DNA of 50,297 nt from an uncultured Gammaproteobacteria bacterium (lineage in GTDB: Bacteria > Pseudomonadota > Gammaproteobacteria > Poriferisulfidales > GCA-002705445): positions 1-50,297 of the forward strand of contig CAJYAP010000005.1 of the NCBI GenBank assembly GCA_913065025.1, written 5' to 3'. A model generated the notes under the pieces. That model had not been told where the DNA came from, searched no databases, and worked only from the letters and a program-made list of their open reading frames with translations. Both the position numbers and the translations under genes were made by a program. This document shows positions 41,055 to 50,297 of this stretch, in pieces (position 1 is the first letter of the stretch; each line of letters begins with the position of its first letter).

Positions 41055-43100
41055 ATGATTATAAATCGTCTTTCTAAAGAAACTAGTCCTTACCTTCAAC
41101 AACATGCTGAAAATCCTGTTGATTGGTATCCTTGGGGTGAAAATGCTTTAGAAAAAGCTAAGAGCGAAAAAAAGCCTATATTACTATCCATTGGTTACTC
41201 TGCTTGCCACTGGTGTCATGTCATGGCGCATGAGTCTTTTGAAGATATTCAAACTGCTGAAATCATGAATAAATATTTTATAAATATAAAAGTTGACAGA
41301 GAAGAGAGGCCGGATCTAGATAAAATATACCAAACATCTCAGATTCTTCTTAACCAAAGATCAGGAGGGTGGCCACTAACTATGTTTTTGTCTCATGAAA
41401 ACCAAGCTCCATTCTTTGGCGGTACTTACTTTCCAAATGTTGCAAAATATAATTTGCCTAGTTTTAAAGAATTACTTATCAAAGTTCACGAATATTACCA
41501 AAATAACTACAATGATGTATTAAACCATAATAAATCCATAATTAAAGCACTTGAAGGTATCCACAAAAAAAATAAAACTGATGAGAAAATTGATGAAGAT
41601 ATAGAGAATAAGTATATACAAAATGTACGTAAAAATTTTGATCAAACTATGGGTGGTTTTGGTTCAGCTCCAAAATTTCCGCAACCAGGTGTAATAATGC
41701 ATATTTTAAATAATAGCCAATACCATAAAAAAGAAAAATACAAAGATTTAAACATGGCGCTTTTTAGTCTTTTATCTATGCAGGAAGGAGGAATTAATGA
41801 CCAGCTAGGCGGGGGATTCTTTAGGTATTCAGTCGATGATGTTTGGATGATACCTCACTTTGAGAAAATGCTTTATGATAATTCGTGTTTGTTGGAATGT
41901 TATTGCAAAGCATACTCTATAACAAAAGAAAAAAGTTTTCTTGATACTGCGCAAAAGACCGCAAATTGGATTGTAAGCGAAATGCAATCCTCAGAGGGTG
42001 GTTTTTTTTCAAGTATTGATGCGGATTCAGATACTGGAGAAGGACAATACTATATATGGGATAAAAATGAGATTAAGGAAAATTTAAATAGTAATCAATA
42101 TAAAGTATTTTCTAAATATTATGGGCTCAATAAAAAAGATAATTTTGAAAAAAAATACCATTTGTATATTTCTTATAATTCTATAAGTGATTTTAAATCT
42201 CGAAAAAAAGATGTTGATAAAAAATTACTTAATGAAAGTATTAATATACTATTAAAGGTTAGAAATAAAAGAAAAAAACCTTTTACAGATGAAAAGATAC
42301 TTACTTCTTGGAATGCTTTAGCAATAAAATCATTAATTGATTATAGTAAGGCTTCTAAAGATATGAGTTACATAATTAATACCGAAAAAGCTATTAATTT
42401 TTTAATAGATAAAATGTTATCTAAAGATGGCTTGAATGCTACATATAAAGATGGCAAATCTCATATTAATGCATACTTAGATGATTATGCTTTTTTAATT
42501 AATTCTATTTTAAATTTTTTATCAATTAAGTGGAATAATGAATTATTTGGAAAAACTCTACTATTAACAGATTTGTTAATTGATAAATTTTTAGATCATG
42601 AGGATGGTGGTTTTTTCTTTACTGCAAAAGATCATGAAGACCTTATTCAAAAGCCTAAACCAACGGAAGATGAGGCTTTTCCATCCGGGAACAGTATTGC
42701 CGCCAAAGTATTAATTAAATTGGGCTTTCTTATGAACAATACAAAGTATCTAGACTCAGCAGCTACAGTATTTAAATATGCATCTAAACGAATCAACGAT
42801 TCACCAAATGCACATAGTTCGCTTCTTGATAGTTATTTGTTACTAAATGAGCCATTTGTAACAATAATTCTAAAAACAAACCAATCGTCTAAAAATATAG
42901 ATTTGTGGGTAGATCATCTTTCTAATATAAATAAATCATATGTAGATTATTACCATATACCTGAAACTAATACTGGGTTTGCAAATATTGATAATAAAAT
43001 ATCATCTGATGATATTACAGCATATATTTGTACAGATTATACATGTGAAGAGCCAATTTATGATATTGAGAAGTTTATATCTAGGATCAATCTTTTATGA
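41055..43100 (+). CDS. Thioredoxin-domain protein YyaL/DUF255 family (SPATA20-like)
   Basis: [48 protein letters not shown] and LDDYAF motifs; ATG at 41055 avoids overlap with lgt. Confidence 0.92.
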   Translation: MIINRLSKETSPYLQQHAENPVDWYPWGENALEKAKSEKKPILLSIGYSACHWCHVMAHESFEDIQTAEIMNKYFINIKVDREERPDLDKIYQTSQILLNQRSGGWPLTMFLSHENQAPFFGGTYFPNVAKYNLPSFKELLIKVHEYYQNNYNDVLNHNKSIIKALEGIHKKNKTDEKIDEDIENKYIQNVRKNFDQTMGGFGSAPKFPQPGVIMHILNNSQYHKKEKYKDLNMALFSLLSMQEGGINDQLGGGFFRYSVDDVWMIPHFEKMLYDNSCLLECYCKAYSITKEKSFLDTAQKTANWIVSEMQSSEGGFFSSIDADSDTGEGQYYIWDKNEIKENLNSNQYKVFSKYYGLNKKDNFEKKYHLYISYNSISDFKSRKKDVDKKLLNESINILLKVRNKRKKPFTDEKILTSWNALAIKSLIDYSKASKDMSYIINTEKAINFLIDKMLSKDGLNATYKDGKSHINAYLDDYAFLINSILNFLSIKWNNELFGKTLLLTDLLIDKFLDHEDGGFFFTAKDHEDLIQKPKPTEDEAFPSGNSIAAKVLIKLGFLMNNTKYLDSAATVFKYASKRINDSPNAHSSLLDSYLLLNEPFVTIILKTNQSSKNIDLWVDHLSNINKSYVDYYHIPETNTGFANIDNKISSDDITAYICTDYTCEEPIYDIEKFISRINLL

Positions 43101-43843
43101 AAATACTAATTTTCTTTAAAAAACTTTTTAGATTTATTTCACATATAACTAATACTAAAAAGATAATTAGCGATATTGGAGATTTTAAAGTATGCGCAAA
43201 TGAAGCTCAATCTGAAAAAATAAGATTATGGTTCAAAAAAATTTTAGATATTATTGAAATTAAAACTGTAATTAGAGGAAAAATAAAAAAAGGCAATTAT
43301 TTAATAATTTCTAATCACTCATCTTGGTTAGATATCATAATACTAGGTAGCACTTTTAGAACTACGTTCTTGTCAAAAATTGAAGTTAGCCGTTGGCCAA
43401 TTATTGGAAAGATTACAACAGCGGTGGACATGCTTTTTATAAATAGAGGGACAAAGAATGCTGCCTCTTTAGCTGTTGACGGAATTTCAGCATTCTTAAA
43501 AAATAATAGAAGTGTAACGATTTTCCCTGAAGGTACATCTTCAGGTGGACAAGGTTTACTTAAATTTAAACCTAGACTCTTTGCCAGCTGCATCGAAACT
43601 AACTCTCCAGTTCAATGCGTTATAATTAAATATCCTCATAAAGATGAAAAGATACATCCGAGTGTTCCTTTTGTTAGAGGTAATTCTTTATTTTTAAATA
43701 TTATAAAAGTTTTATTTCAAAATGATATTGTTGCAGAAGTCACAATATCAGAATTAGTAGTTTCCGAGAACAAAGACAGAAGATCTATTACCAATGAATG
43801 CTACGAAATTGTAAAAAATAATTTAGAAAACAATGCTAATTAA
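43097..43843 (+). CDS. Lysophospholipid acyltransferase family protein (PlsC/OlsA-like)
   Basis: NHSSWLD (HxxxxD), FINR and FPEGT motifs. Confidence 0.88.
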   Translation: MKILIFFKKLFRFISHITNTKKIISDIGDFKVCANEAQSEKIRLWFKKILDIIEIKTVIRGKIKKGNYLIISNHSSWLDIIILGSTFRTTFLSKIEVSRWPIIGKITTAVDMLFINRGTKNAASLAVDGISAFLKNNRSVTIFPEGTSSGGQGLLKFKPRLFASCIETNSPVQCVIIKYPHKDEKIHPSVPFVRGNSLFLNIIKVLFQNDIVAEVTISELVVSENKDRRSITNECYEIVKNNLENNAN

Positions 43844-44516
43844 TATTTTAGAAACTGCTTTTAATTTAATTATCACGCTAAATGATGATTTATTTGAGAT
43901 CATAAATCTTTCCCTCAAAGTTACTTTATCTGCGTTAATAATTGCAGTATCAATAAGTATTCCATTTGGGGCATTTCTAGTATTTTATAAAAATAAGTTT
44001 CAATCTTTTATAGTACTTATTGCTAATACTCTTATGGGTATGCCGCCAGTAGTTCTTGGTCTTTTGATATACACACTTGTATCAAAAAAAGGTATTTTTG
44101 GCTTTCTAGATATACTTTATACACCAACTGCAATGATACTTGCTCAAACTCTACTGATAACTCCTATAGTAATATCACTTACCTATGAAGAGATTTATAA
44201 AAAAAATAAAGAATATGACTTATTACTAAACTCTTTAAATTTAAATAATTTTTCTAAATTAAAGACACTAATATATGAATGTAGATACGCTCTTCTAACA
44301 GTTGCTTTAACAGGTTTTGGTAGAGCAAGTGCAGAGGTAGGTGCAGTTATGATAGTAGGTGGGAACATAAATCATTTTACTAGAGTTATGACTACAGCTA
44401 TAGCATTTGAGACAAGTAGAGGTAGTATCGAATTAGCTGTAGCACTAGGTTTAATTTTACTTTTAATTTCTTTATTAATTACTCTCTTAATAAAATCTTT
44501 AAGGAAAATAAGCTAA
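43833..44516 (+). CDS. tupB: ABC transporter permease, tungstate TupB-like
   Basis: LMGMPPVVLGL, AMILAQ..L.TPI and GFGRA.AEVGAVMIVGGNI.HFTRVMTTAI..ETSRG motifs. Confidence 0.82.
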   Translation: MLINILETAFNLIITLNDDLFEIINLSLKVTLSALIIAVSISIPFGAFLVFYKNKFQSFIVLIANTLMGMPPVVLGLLIYTLVSKKGIFGFLDILYTPTAMILAQTLLITPIVISLTYEEIYKKNKEYDLLLNSLNLNNFSKLKTLIYECRYALLTVALTGFGRASAEVGAVMIVGGNINHFTRVMTTAIAFETSRGSIELAVALGLILLLISLLITLLIKSLRKIS

Positions 44517-45212
44517 ATGAATATTTTTCCACTAAAAATTAATAATTTAAATTACTCAGTAAATGAAAATACTATTTTAAAAGATATACATCTAACTTGC
44601 GAAAAGAATACTTTAACAATTATAGCTGGCAATAATGGTTCGGGGAAAAGTACTTTACTAAAAATACTTCATGGACTCATTAAAGTACCTATAAATACAG
44701 TACGCTGGGGGGATTACTCCACTTCTAATATTAAAATAAATCAGTCTATGGTATTTCAAACACCTATACTTCTTAATAGAACTACATACGATAATCTAGC
44801 TTATGTCACAAAAAAAAAGAATATAACAGAAAAATTTTATGTTGAAAAAATTATAGAAAAATTAAATATAAAAATTATATCAGATATAAATGCTAAATAT
44901 TTATCTGGAGGAGAAAGACAAAAAGTAGCTATTGCAATGTCGATAATAGGAAGTCCAAAGGTAATATTCATGGACGAGCCAACATCCCAGCTTGACCCCG
45001 CTTATAAAAACGAAATTGAAAATATAATTGTAGATCTCTCAAACAATGGAGTAAAAATATTCCTTACATCACATGATATATCTCAAATAAGAAGGATTGG
45101 TAAAGAAATAATATTTTTAGATAAGGGGAAATTAATATATCACGATTGTATAGAAAAATTTTTCAAAGATAAACACTGTGATTTAGTGAATAACTATATA
45201 AATTATGGATGA
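44517..45212 (+). CDS. tupC: ABC transporter ATP-binding protein, TupC-like
   Basis: GNNGSGKST, MVFQ.P, LSGGE.Q, DEPT and SHD motifs; directly follows tupB. Confidence 0.78.
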   Translation: MNIFPLKINNLNYSVNENTILKDIHLTCEKNTLTIIAGNNGSGKSTLLKILHGLIKVPINTVRWGDYSTSNIKINQSMVFQTPILLNRTTYDNLAYVTKKKNITEKFYVEKIIEKLNIKIISDINAKYLSGGERQKVAIAMSIIGSPKVIFMDEPTSQLDPAYKNEIENIIVDLSNNGVKIFLTSHDISQIRRIGKEIIFLDKGKLIYHDCIEKFFKDKHCDLVNNYINYG

Positions 45213-45214
45213 AA

Positions 45215-46369
45215 TTAGAAGAAAGTTAAATTATTATTTGCGTGCTTAATTATTTTTTCTTTCAAATAATTAGACTTTTGCATATTAAACATGGCTGTTC
45301 TTATAATTTTATTTGCCAAACTATTTTCAATAGAATAAATTTTCTCTATAAATTTTAATTGTTGCCTTGCCTTTTTATTTACTATTTTTTGTTTTCTTGC
45401 ATAACCTGAAAAAAATTTCCCGCTGTCAAATGTATTATTATTTTTATTTGTAATACTCATAATTTCTATAATATCTGAGACTCCTAAATTTAATCCCATG
45501 CCAGCTAATGGATGTACAGAGTGTGCAGAATCACCGACAAATAAAACCCTGCCCTTCTCATATCTCTCAGCATCATAACCTATTAAATCAAACGAAATAA
45601 GTTTTGTTATTAGCTCTATTTTTCCAAATTTATTATTTGTTATCTTAGCTATAAATTTGCATATATTATTTTCCGAAAATTTCTCATTATCGAAGAAATT
45701 GTTCTTAACACTTACTACCATTGAAAATAAATTGCTAGATATTGGTAAAAACGCAACTGGGCCACTTTCTAGAAAAATTTGATAAGCAATTCCTTTATTT
45801 GATTTTTCATGGGATATATTAAAAACTAATGCCTTTGAATCGTAATAATCATAAATATTTTCAATTTCTAATTTTTCTTTTAGTTTAGAATTTACCCCTT
45901 CGCAACTAAACAAATATTCAGCTTCTATAGTTTTATTATTTCTTGTTATAACTTTTACATTTTTCTTTATCTCATCTAAATTAATAATCTCACAATTATC
46001 TAGGAAATTAATGTTCTTATCTTTTTCTATTTTCCCTAAAAGCGAAGATATGATATTTTTACTTTGAGCTATATAACCAACGTTGTTATTATTTTCTTCA
46101 CTTGAAAAGCTAAGTAAATTATTATCATTAAATTTTCTGTAGAAGAGTTTCATTCCATTCAATCTATTTATTGATGCAATATCTTGCCATATTTCTATAT
46201 CATTAAAGAAATTTTTTGTTTTCTCTGATATTGAGTAAACTCTATTTATTTTTAAAGCGTTAGAAAAATTTTTTTCTATTATCACTACTTTCTTCTTCTT
46301 TAGGCTCAAAGAAAGTGCCAATGACATACCTATAATTCCTGATCCTACTATGATCACATCTGTTTTCAT
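45215..46369 (-). CDS. FAD-dependent hydroxylase, UbiI/UbiF/VisC family
   Basis: GSGIIG dinucleotide fold, RVYSIS, AYQ.FL..GP.AFLP and GDSAHSVHPLAGMGLNLG motifs; downstream of ubiH. Confidence 0.82.
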   Translation of the reverse strand: MKTDVIIVGSGIIGMSLALSLSLKKKKVVIIEKNFSNALKINRVYSISEKTKNFFNDIEIWQDIASINRLNGMKLFYRKFNDNNLLSFSSEENNNNVGYIAQSKNIISSLLGKIEKDKNINFLDNCEIINLDEIKKNVKVITRNNKTIEAEYLFSCEGVNSKLKEKLEIENIYDYYDSKALVFNISHEKSNKGIAYQIFLESGPVAFLPISSNLFSMVVSVKNNFFDNEKFSENNICKFIAKITNNKFGKIELITKLISFDLIGYDAERYEKGRVLFVGDSAHSVHPLAGMGLNLGVSDIIEIMSITNKNNNTFDSGKFFSGYARKQKIVNKKARQQLKFIEKIYSIENSLANKIIRTAMFNMQKSNYLKEKIIKHANNNLTFF

Positions 46370-46371
46370 AT

Positions 46372-47583
46372 TTAATCTTTAAGGGTTGAAATTAATGACT
46401 GAGAGAAATTCACTCCTAACAAGTACCTTATAGCGTTAACTCTTAAGTTCTTGTTCATATCCATTATTAAAAAAGAAGTGCTAACTATGTTATTTTTAAT
46501 AAATCCGTTTCCGTGCACAAAAGATGCTAAAAAATCAGTAAAATTAACTAATCTATCAACTTCATTTATTCTTTTTTCATAATAATCTTCGAATATAGAT
46601 AGAAAATCTTTCTTATCAAGCTTGGTTAGATTTTTTATCAGATTAGTTAAATAAGCGCAATCACGTAATGATAAATTAAAGCTTTGAGCTGCTATAGGAT
46701 GGAGCGTATGGGCTGCATCTCCTAGTAAACATATATTTTTGTTAATAAATTTTTTATAATATTTCATTTTTAATGGATAAATTTTTATATTTTTAACTTC
46801 TTCTAATTTTCCACATTTGTTTCCAATAAGTTTTTGAAAGTAATTTTTAACTTCAACCATATTTAGGTTTTTTATAGTATTAGATTCTTCTTGATCTGTT
46901 GAGTATATTAATGACCATGCATTTTCTTTTCTAGGTATAATCCCCAAAATACCACGACTTGTAAATCTCTCAAATGCTGTTTCTGAATTATATTTATCAG
47001 AGACTATTTCGCAAGTAACTGCATTTTGATGATAATCTTTTTGAACTTTTTCTACAAATATCTTATTTACTAAATTGTCTGTTGATCCAGTTGAAAATAT
47101 TAAAGAATCTGAATTAGTAAATTTTTCTTGGGCATTTTGAATGTACTTTATTTCCACAGTACTACCTTCTTTTACCTCAATTACTTCTGCTTCATGAACG
47201 AACTGAATATTATTTTCATCTTCTATATTTTTATAGAGAATTTTAATTAGAGTTTTAACTGGAAGCTGATAACCCAAAGACTCTAAATCTTCATCAGAAG
47301 ATTTCATAATGGTTGAGCCGAAAATATTTTTTTTTGAGATGTGAATATTTTTCACTTCTGTGCAATGTTTTTTGATCTCACACCATATTCCTATACTTTG
47401 AAGAATAATCTTACTTGTATTAGATAAAACAATATATCTATCATTATCTGTTGTTTTATAAAATATTTTTGGTTGTATATCTATTAGAGAAATATTTATT
47501 TTCGTATTTTTTAGAAGATTACAAAATGCTAGGCCTGTTAAACCTGCTCCAATTATTGTTATATTATCTTTTTTATTATGCAT
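46372..47583 (-). CDS. ubiH: 2-octaprenyl-6-methoxyphenol hydroxylase UbiH-like
   Basis: GAGLTG, IHIS...FG, DYHQ.A, AFERFT..G, YPL and GDAAHTLHPIAAQSFNLSLRD motifs; pepP-ubiH gene order. Confidence 0.82.
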   Translation of the reverse strand: MHNKKDNITIIGAGLTGLAFCNLLKNTKINISLIDIQPKIFYKTTDNDRYIVLSNTSKIILQSIGIWCEIKKHCTEVKNIHISKKNIFGSTIMKSSDEDLESLGYQLPVKTLIKILYKNIEDENNIQFVHEAEVIEVKEGSTVEIKYIQNAQEKFTNSDSLIFSTGSTDNLVNKIFVEKVQKDYHQNAVTCEIVSDKYNSETAFERFTSRGILGIIPRKENAWSLIYSTDQEESNTIKNLNMVEVKNYFQKLIGNKCGKLEEVKNIKIYPLKMKYYKKFINKNICLLGDAAHTLHPIAAQSFNLSLRDCAYLTNLIKNLTKLDKKDFLSIFEDYYEKRINEVDRLVNFTDFLASFVHGNGFIKNNIVSTSFLIMDMNKNLRVNAIRYLLGVNFSQSLISTLKD

Positions 47584-47584
47584 T

Positions 47585-48877
47585 TTATTGGTTGCACAGT
47601 GATTCTATTTCATGACGAGATTTTGGTAAATCCAAAGTTATTACCTCACTTCCATTTTCTGTTACTAGAACATCATCTTCAATTCTTATCCCAATTCCTT
47701 TCCATTTTTCATCAACATTATTATTTAAATAGTTTATATATATTCCGGGCTCGACGGTTATAACCATTCCAGGCTTAAAAAGAATATTTTCATATTCTCC
47801 TACATCATGAACATCTAATCCTAGCCAATGACCAGTTTTATGCATAAAGAAATCCTTGTAGGATTCGTTTTTTATTACATCTTCATATTTATCTGTTAAT
47901 AGATTTAGCTCAATCAGACCTTTTGAAATCTCACTAACTGTTACTTTATGAACTTCATCCCATGTGACTCCAGGCTTTATAAATTCTATAGCTTTCTCTT
48001 GCGACCTTAAAACAATATCATAAATTTCTGCTTGCTCTTTAGTAAATTTTCCATTTACTGGAAATGTTCTAGTTATATCAGATGCGTAGCCCTGATTTTC
48101 AGCTGCTGCATCTATTAAAACCAAATCTTTATCTTTTAATAAACTTTCATTTTTTACATAATGTAATGTGCAAGCATTATTTCCGCTTCCAACTATAGAC
48201 ATATAAGCATAATGCATATTATTCTTATTAAAAATATATTTGATCTCTGCATCTAACTCATATTCGTACATCCCAGGCTTTGATTTTTTCATTGCTTCTT
48301 TATGTGCTTTAATTGAAACTTTTGCAGCATCTTTAATTAATTTAATCTCATATTTGGATTTAATTAATCTTAAGTTCTGTGTCAATGAATGCAACGCAAT
48401 AATTTGATTTGGGAATGAAAAATTTTTTCTATTATTCTTGCCAGAATTTGATATTTGCTCTTGAATAAAACTATCTAATTCATTATTTAATCCCGATTCA
48501 ATAAACAAGCTATCTTTATTTTTAATAAAATCTAGTATTTTATCTTTACAATCGTTGTATCTGTGTACTTCCGTAAAATCATACATTTTTTGGACTGTAT
48601 CATTATCTATTCTAGTGCCATCCCATACCATTTCATACTCTGAAGTATTATCTCGAAAAAGTATCGAGTTAATTTTCTCGTTTTCTTTAAAAATTAAATT
48701 TATTAAATTTGGTTCACTTAATCCAGTTATATATAAAAAATCACTATTTTGTCTATATGGATTTTCAACATCCTTTGTTCTGTAGTTCTTATTAGCAGAT
48801 GATAATATAGCTACAGAATTTCTAGGCATCCTAGAAATTAAGGCCAATCTTCTTCTTTTAAGTTCATTTAATTCCAT
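47585..48877 (-). CDS. pepP: Xaa-Pro aminopeptidase
   Basis: YRQNSDFLY.TG..EP, LIDAAAE..GYASDITRTFP, H.TGHWLGLDVHDVG, TVEPGIY and GIRIEDDV motifs. Confidence 0.96.
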   Translation of the reverse strand: MELNELKRRRLALISRMPRNSVAILSSANKNYRTKDVENPYRQNSDFLYITGLSEPNLINLIFKENEKINSILFRDNTSEYEMVWDGTRIDNDTVQKMYDFTEVHRYNDCKDKILDFIKNKDSLFIESGLNNELDSFIQEQISNSGKNNRKNFSFPNQIIALHSLTQNLRLIKSKYEIKLIKDAAKVSIKAHKEAMKKSKPGMYEYELDAEIKYIFNKNNMHYAYMSIVGSGNNACTLHYVKNESLLKDKDLVLIDAAAENQGYASDITRTFPVNGKFTKEQAEIYDIVLRSQEKAIEFIKPGVTWDEVHKVTVSEISKGLIELNLLTDKYEDVIKNESYKDFFMHKTGHWLGLDVHDVGEYENILFKPGMVITVEPGIYINYLNNNVDEKWKGIGIRIEDDVLVTENGSEVITLDLPKSRHEIESLCNQ

Positions 48878-48924
48878 ATTTCACCAACTAAAATAATAAA
48901 TATAGTTTATTTAGTATTTAACTA

Positions 48925-48953
48925 TTGACCTTCAATGCTCACAATAATAATAT
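48925..48953 (+). promoter_or_regulatory. Candidate sigma70 promoter for zapB-zapA
   Basis: TTGACC (48925-48930), 17 bp spacer, TAATAT (48948-48953); a TATAAT also lies at 48951-48956; implies a very short leader before ATG 48963. Confidence 0.4.
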
Positions 48954-48962
48954 AATTAATAT

Positions 48963-49196
48963 ATGAATAATGATCACATAATATCCTCACTAAATAAAGA
49001 CTTAGACGAGCTCGAAGCTAAAATAGAGGAATTGTCCAACAAATATCTAGACCTTAAAAAAGAAAATCAGCTACTAAAAGAGAGACAAGAAATAGAAGTC
49101 TCTGAAAAATTTAAAATTAAAGAAAAGAATCAAAAAGTTCAAAATAAAGTAGAAGGTATAATTAATAGATTAAGGTCCCTAGAGTATACTCAATAA
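48963..49196 (+). CDS. ZapB-like coiled-coil protein (TIGR02449-like)
   Basis: 77-aa heptad coiled coil (L..LE.KIEEL...L..EN..L; KVEGII.RL.SLE) overlapping the zapA start, divergent from pepP. Confidence 0.8.
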   Translation: MNNDHIISSLNKDLDELEAKIEELSNKYLDLKKENQLLKERQEIEVSEKFKIKEKNQKVQNKVEGIINRLRSLEYTQ

Positions 49197-49498
49197 TGAA
49201 TGATCAAGATAAAAAAATTCCGGTTACTGTTAAAATTTTAAATCAAAATTACGATATCTTTTGTAATGAAAATGAAAAAGAAAACTTATTTAACTCAGCT
49301 GAGCTACTGAATGACAAAATGATGAAAACAAAAGCTGAAGGAAAAACCATAGGTTTAGATAGAATAGCAGTAATTTCAGCATTAAATTTTGCAAATGACT
49401 CACTAGACCATAAAAACATTACAAACACATTGAGTTCTACTATAAAACAAAAAATTCATAGTCTTAATGAGAAATTAGACTCAATTCTACAAAATTAA
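49196..49498 (+). CDS. zapA: Cell division protein ZapA
   Basis: V.VKIL...Y.I.C...E...L..SA..L..KM and G.DRIAV.SALN motifs; conserved position upstream of 6S RNA. Confidence 0.92.
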   Translation: MNDQDKKIPVTVKILNQNYDIFCNENEKENLFNSAELLNDKMMKTKAEGKTIGLDRIAVISALNFANDSLDHKNITNTLSSTIKQKIHSLNEKLDSILQN

Positions 49499-49552
49499 TA
49501 CTTAAGTTTTAATCAGTAGTCAAATTATTTTATATTTGATATATTTGATTCA

Positions 49553-49724
49553 TAACTGATGTATTCGATATTATAGTTATGTCTTTGTTCCTAATTTTAA
49601 AATAGGGATTAAGTAACTTATAGCAGGTGTGCAAACCTAAATTTTAGGTAGCCTAATGTATAAAACTTAAGCCCACCTGAACTCAGCGGTTCAAGGAAAA
49701 TTAATAATAACGGTACATCGGTTT
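49553..49724 (+). ncRNA. ssrS: 6S RNA
   Basis: Terminal stem AACTGATGTA (49554-63) pairs with TACATCGGTT (49714-23); internal GGTGTGCA...AGCCT and CCCACCTGAAC...GGTTCAAGG resemble conserved gammaproteobacterial 6S segments; ~170 nt; located downstream of zapA. Ends are approximate. Confidence 0.88.
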
Positions 49725-49759
49725 CTTTCTATAAAATTATTATAAATAAATTTTAATAT

Positions 49760-50080
49760 TCATAAAAAAAATAAATAATGTGAAAAAACTAAATAATTTA
49801 ACAAAATATTATAAATAACTAAAAAAAATCAAAAAAAGTTAAAAATACATTAAATAACTAAAAAAATATCAGAAAAAACATAATAAAAGACTAAAAAAAT
49901 ATTTTTTTAACAAAAAATAAGAAAAAAGAGTAATAATTACTTAAAATAAAAAAAAATTAAAGAAAAAATGTCGAAAATTGAAAGAAAAAAACATTTTTTT
50001 TTATTTTGATGCGAATTACGTTAAAAAAAAGCTAAAAAATAAAAAAAACAAATAAATGAATTTTTTATTTAAAAAAAAAG
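49760..50080. repeat. Extremely A-rich non-coding region with ~10-bp phased A-tracts and an imperfect direct repeat
   Basis: A-tracts start at about 49783, 49791, 49803, 49813, 49821, 49831, 49841, 49852, 49860, 49873, 49885, 49893, 49912 and 49922; TAAATAACTAAAAAAA occurs at 49812 and 49851. Confidence 0.7.
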
Positions 50081-50149
50081 ATTGTATTTCACTTTAATAT
50101 CATTAAACTTTTATTTGATAACCAACTTTAAGTGTTTTGGAGGATTTAA

Positions 50150-50297
50150 ATGGCCATTAAACGTAAGAAGAAAAAGGTAGTAAGAAAAACAGCTGCTAAG
50201 AAAAAAGTTGTACGAAAAGCAGCTAAAAAGAAAGTAACTAAACGTAAAGTTGCTAAAAAGAAAGTAGCTAAGCGTAAAGTTAAAAAGAAAGTTAAGA
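50150..50297 (+). CDS. Histone H1-like Lys/Arg/Ala/Val-rich repeat protein (5' part, truncated by window end)
   Basis: GGAGGA RBS at 50139-50144, ATG at 50150; manual translation MAIKRKKKKVVRKTAAKKKVVRKAAKKKVTKRKVAKKKVAKRKVKKKVK..., frame open to the window end. Confidence 0.82.
   Translation, partial: MAIKRKKKKVVRKTAAKKKVVRKAAKKKVTKRKVAKKKVAKRKVKKKVK

Noticed and set aside
704-48785. Numerous 60-197 aa ORFs antisense to or nested in real genes (e.g. 704-1060, 14417-14740, 25432-25884, 30293-30886, 35481-35801)
   Set aside because: They overlap well-supported genes and show no recognisable motifs; typical shadow ORFs.
49730-50140. Replication origin, CRISPR array or ygfA pseudogene in the A-rich gap
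   Set aside because: No DnaA boxes (TTATCCACA) seen, no regular repeat-spacer structure or cas genes, and no residual 5-FCL motifs that I could recognise.

Overview
AT-rich chromosome segment that looks like a streamlined Gammaproteobacterium (inferred from gene order and protein families). No mobile elements, CRISPR arrays, tRNA or rRNA were seen. Most of it is core housekeeping: mgtE, dcd-apbC/metG, cysG, amgK-murU, mrdA-rodA-mltB-rlpA-dac-dat, an RND pair, lptD-surA-pdxA-rsmA-apaG-apaH, lgt-thyA-folA, tupBC, pepP-ubiH-ubiI, zapB-zapA and 6S RNA. The standout is a C1 cluster at 7.4-15.3 kb: 5-formyl-THF cyclo-ligase, a divergent stand-alone Ftr/FhcD-family formyltransferase and folD, followed by the serine-cycle genes sga-mcl-mtkA-mtkB-hpr. 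There is no ftfL/mtdA/fch and no fhcABC in the window. This suggests an uncharacterised formate-independent bridge from the methanopterin/methylofuran C1 pool to the folate pool via 5-formyl-THF (inference). Other points of interest are a ThDP enzyme plus ALDH pair resembling the cyanobacterial 2-oxoglutarate decarboxylase/SSADH bypass, an unannotated 38-aa lipoprotein, and ~10-bp phased A-tracts after 6S RNA (where ygfA usually sits) that lead into a histone-H1-like gene running off the window end. All family calls come from motif recognition by eye; no searches were run.
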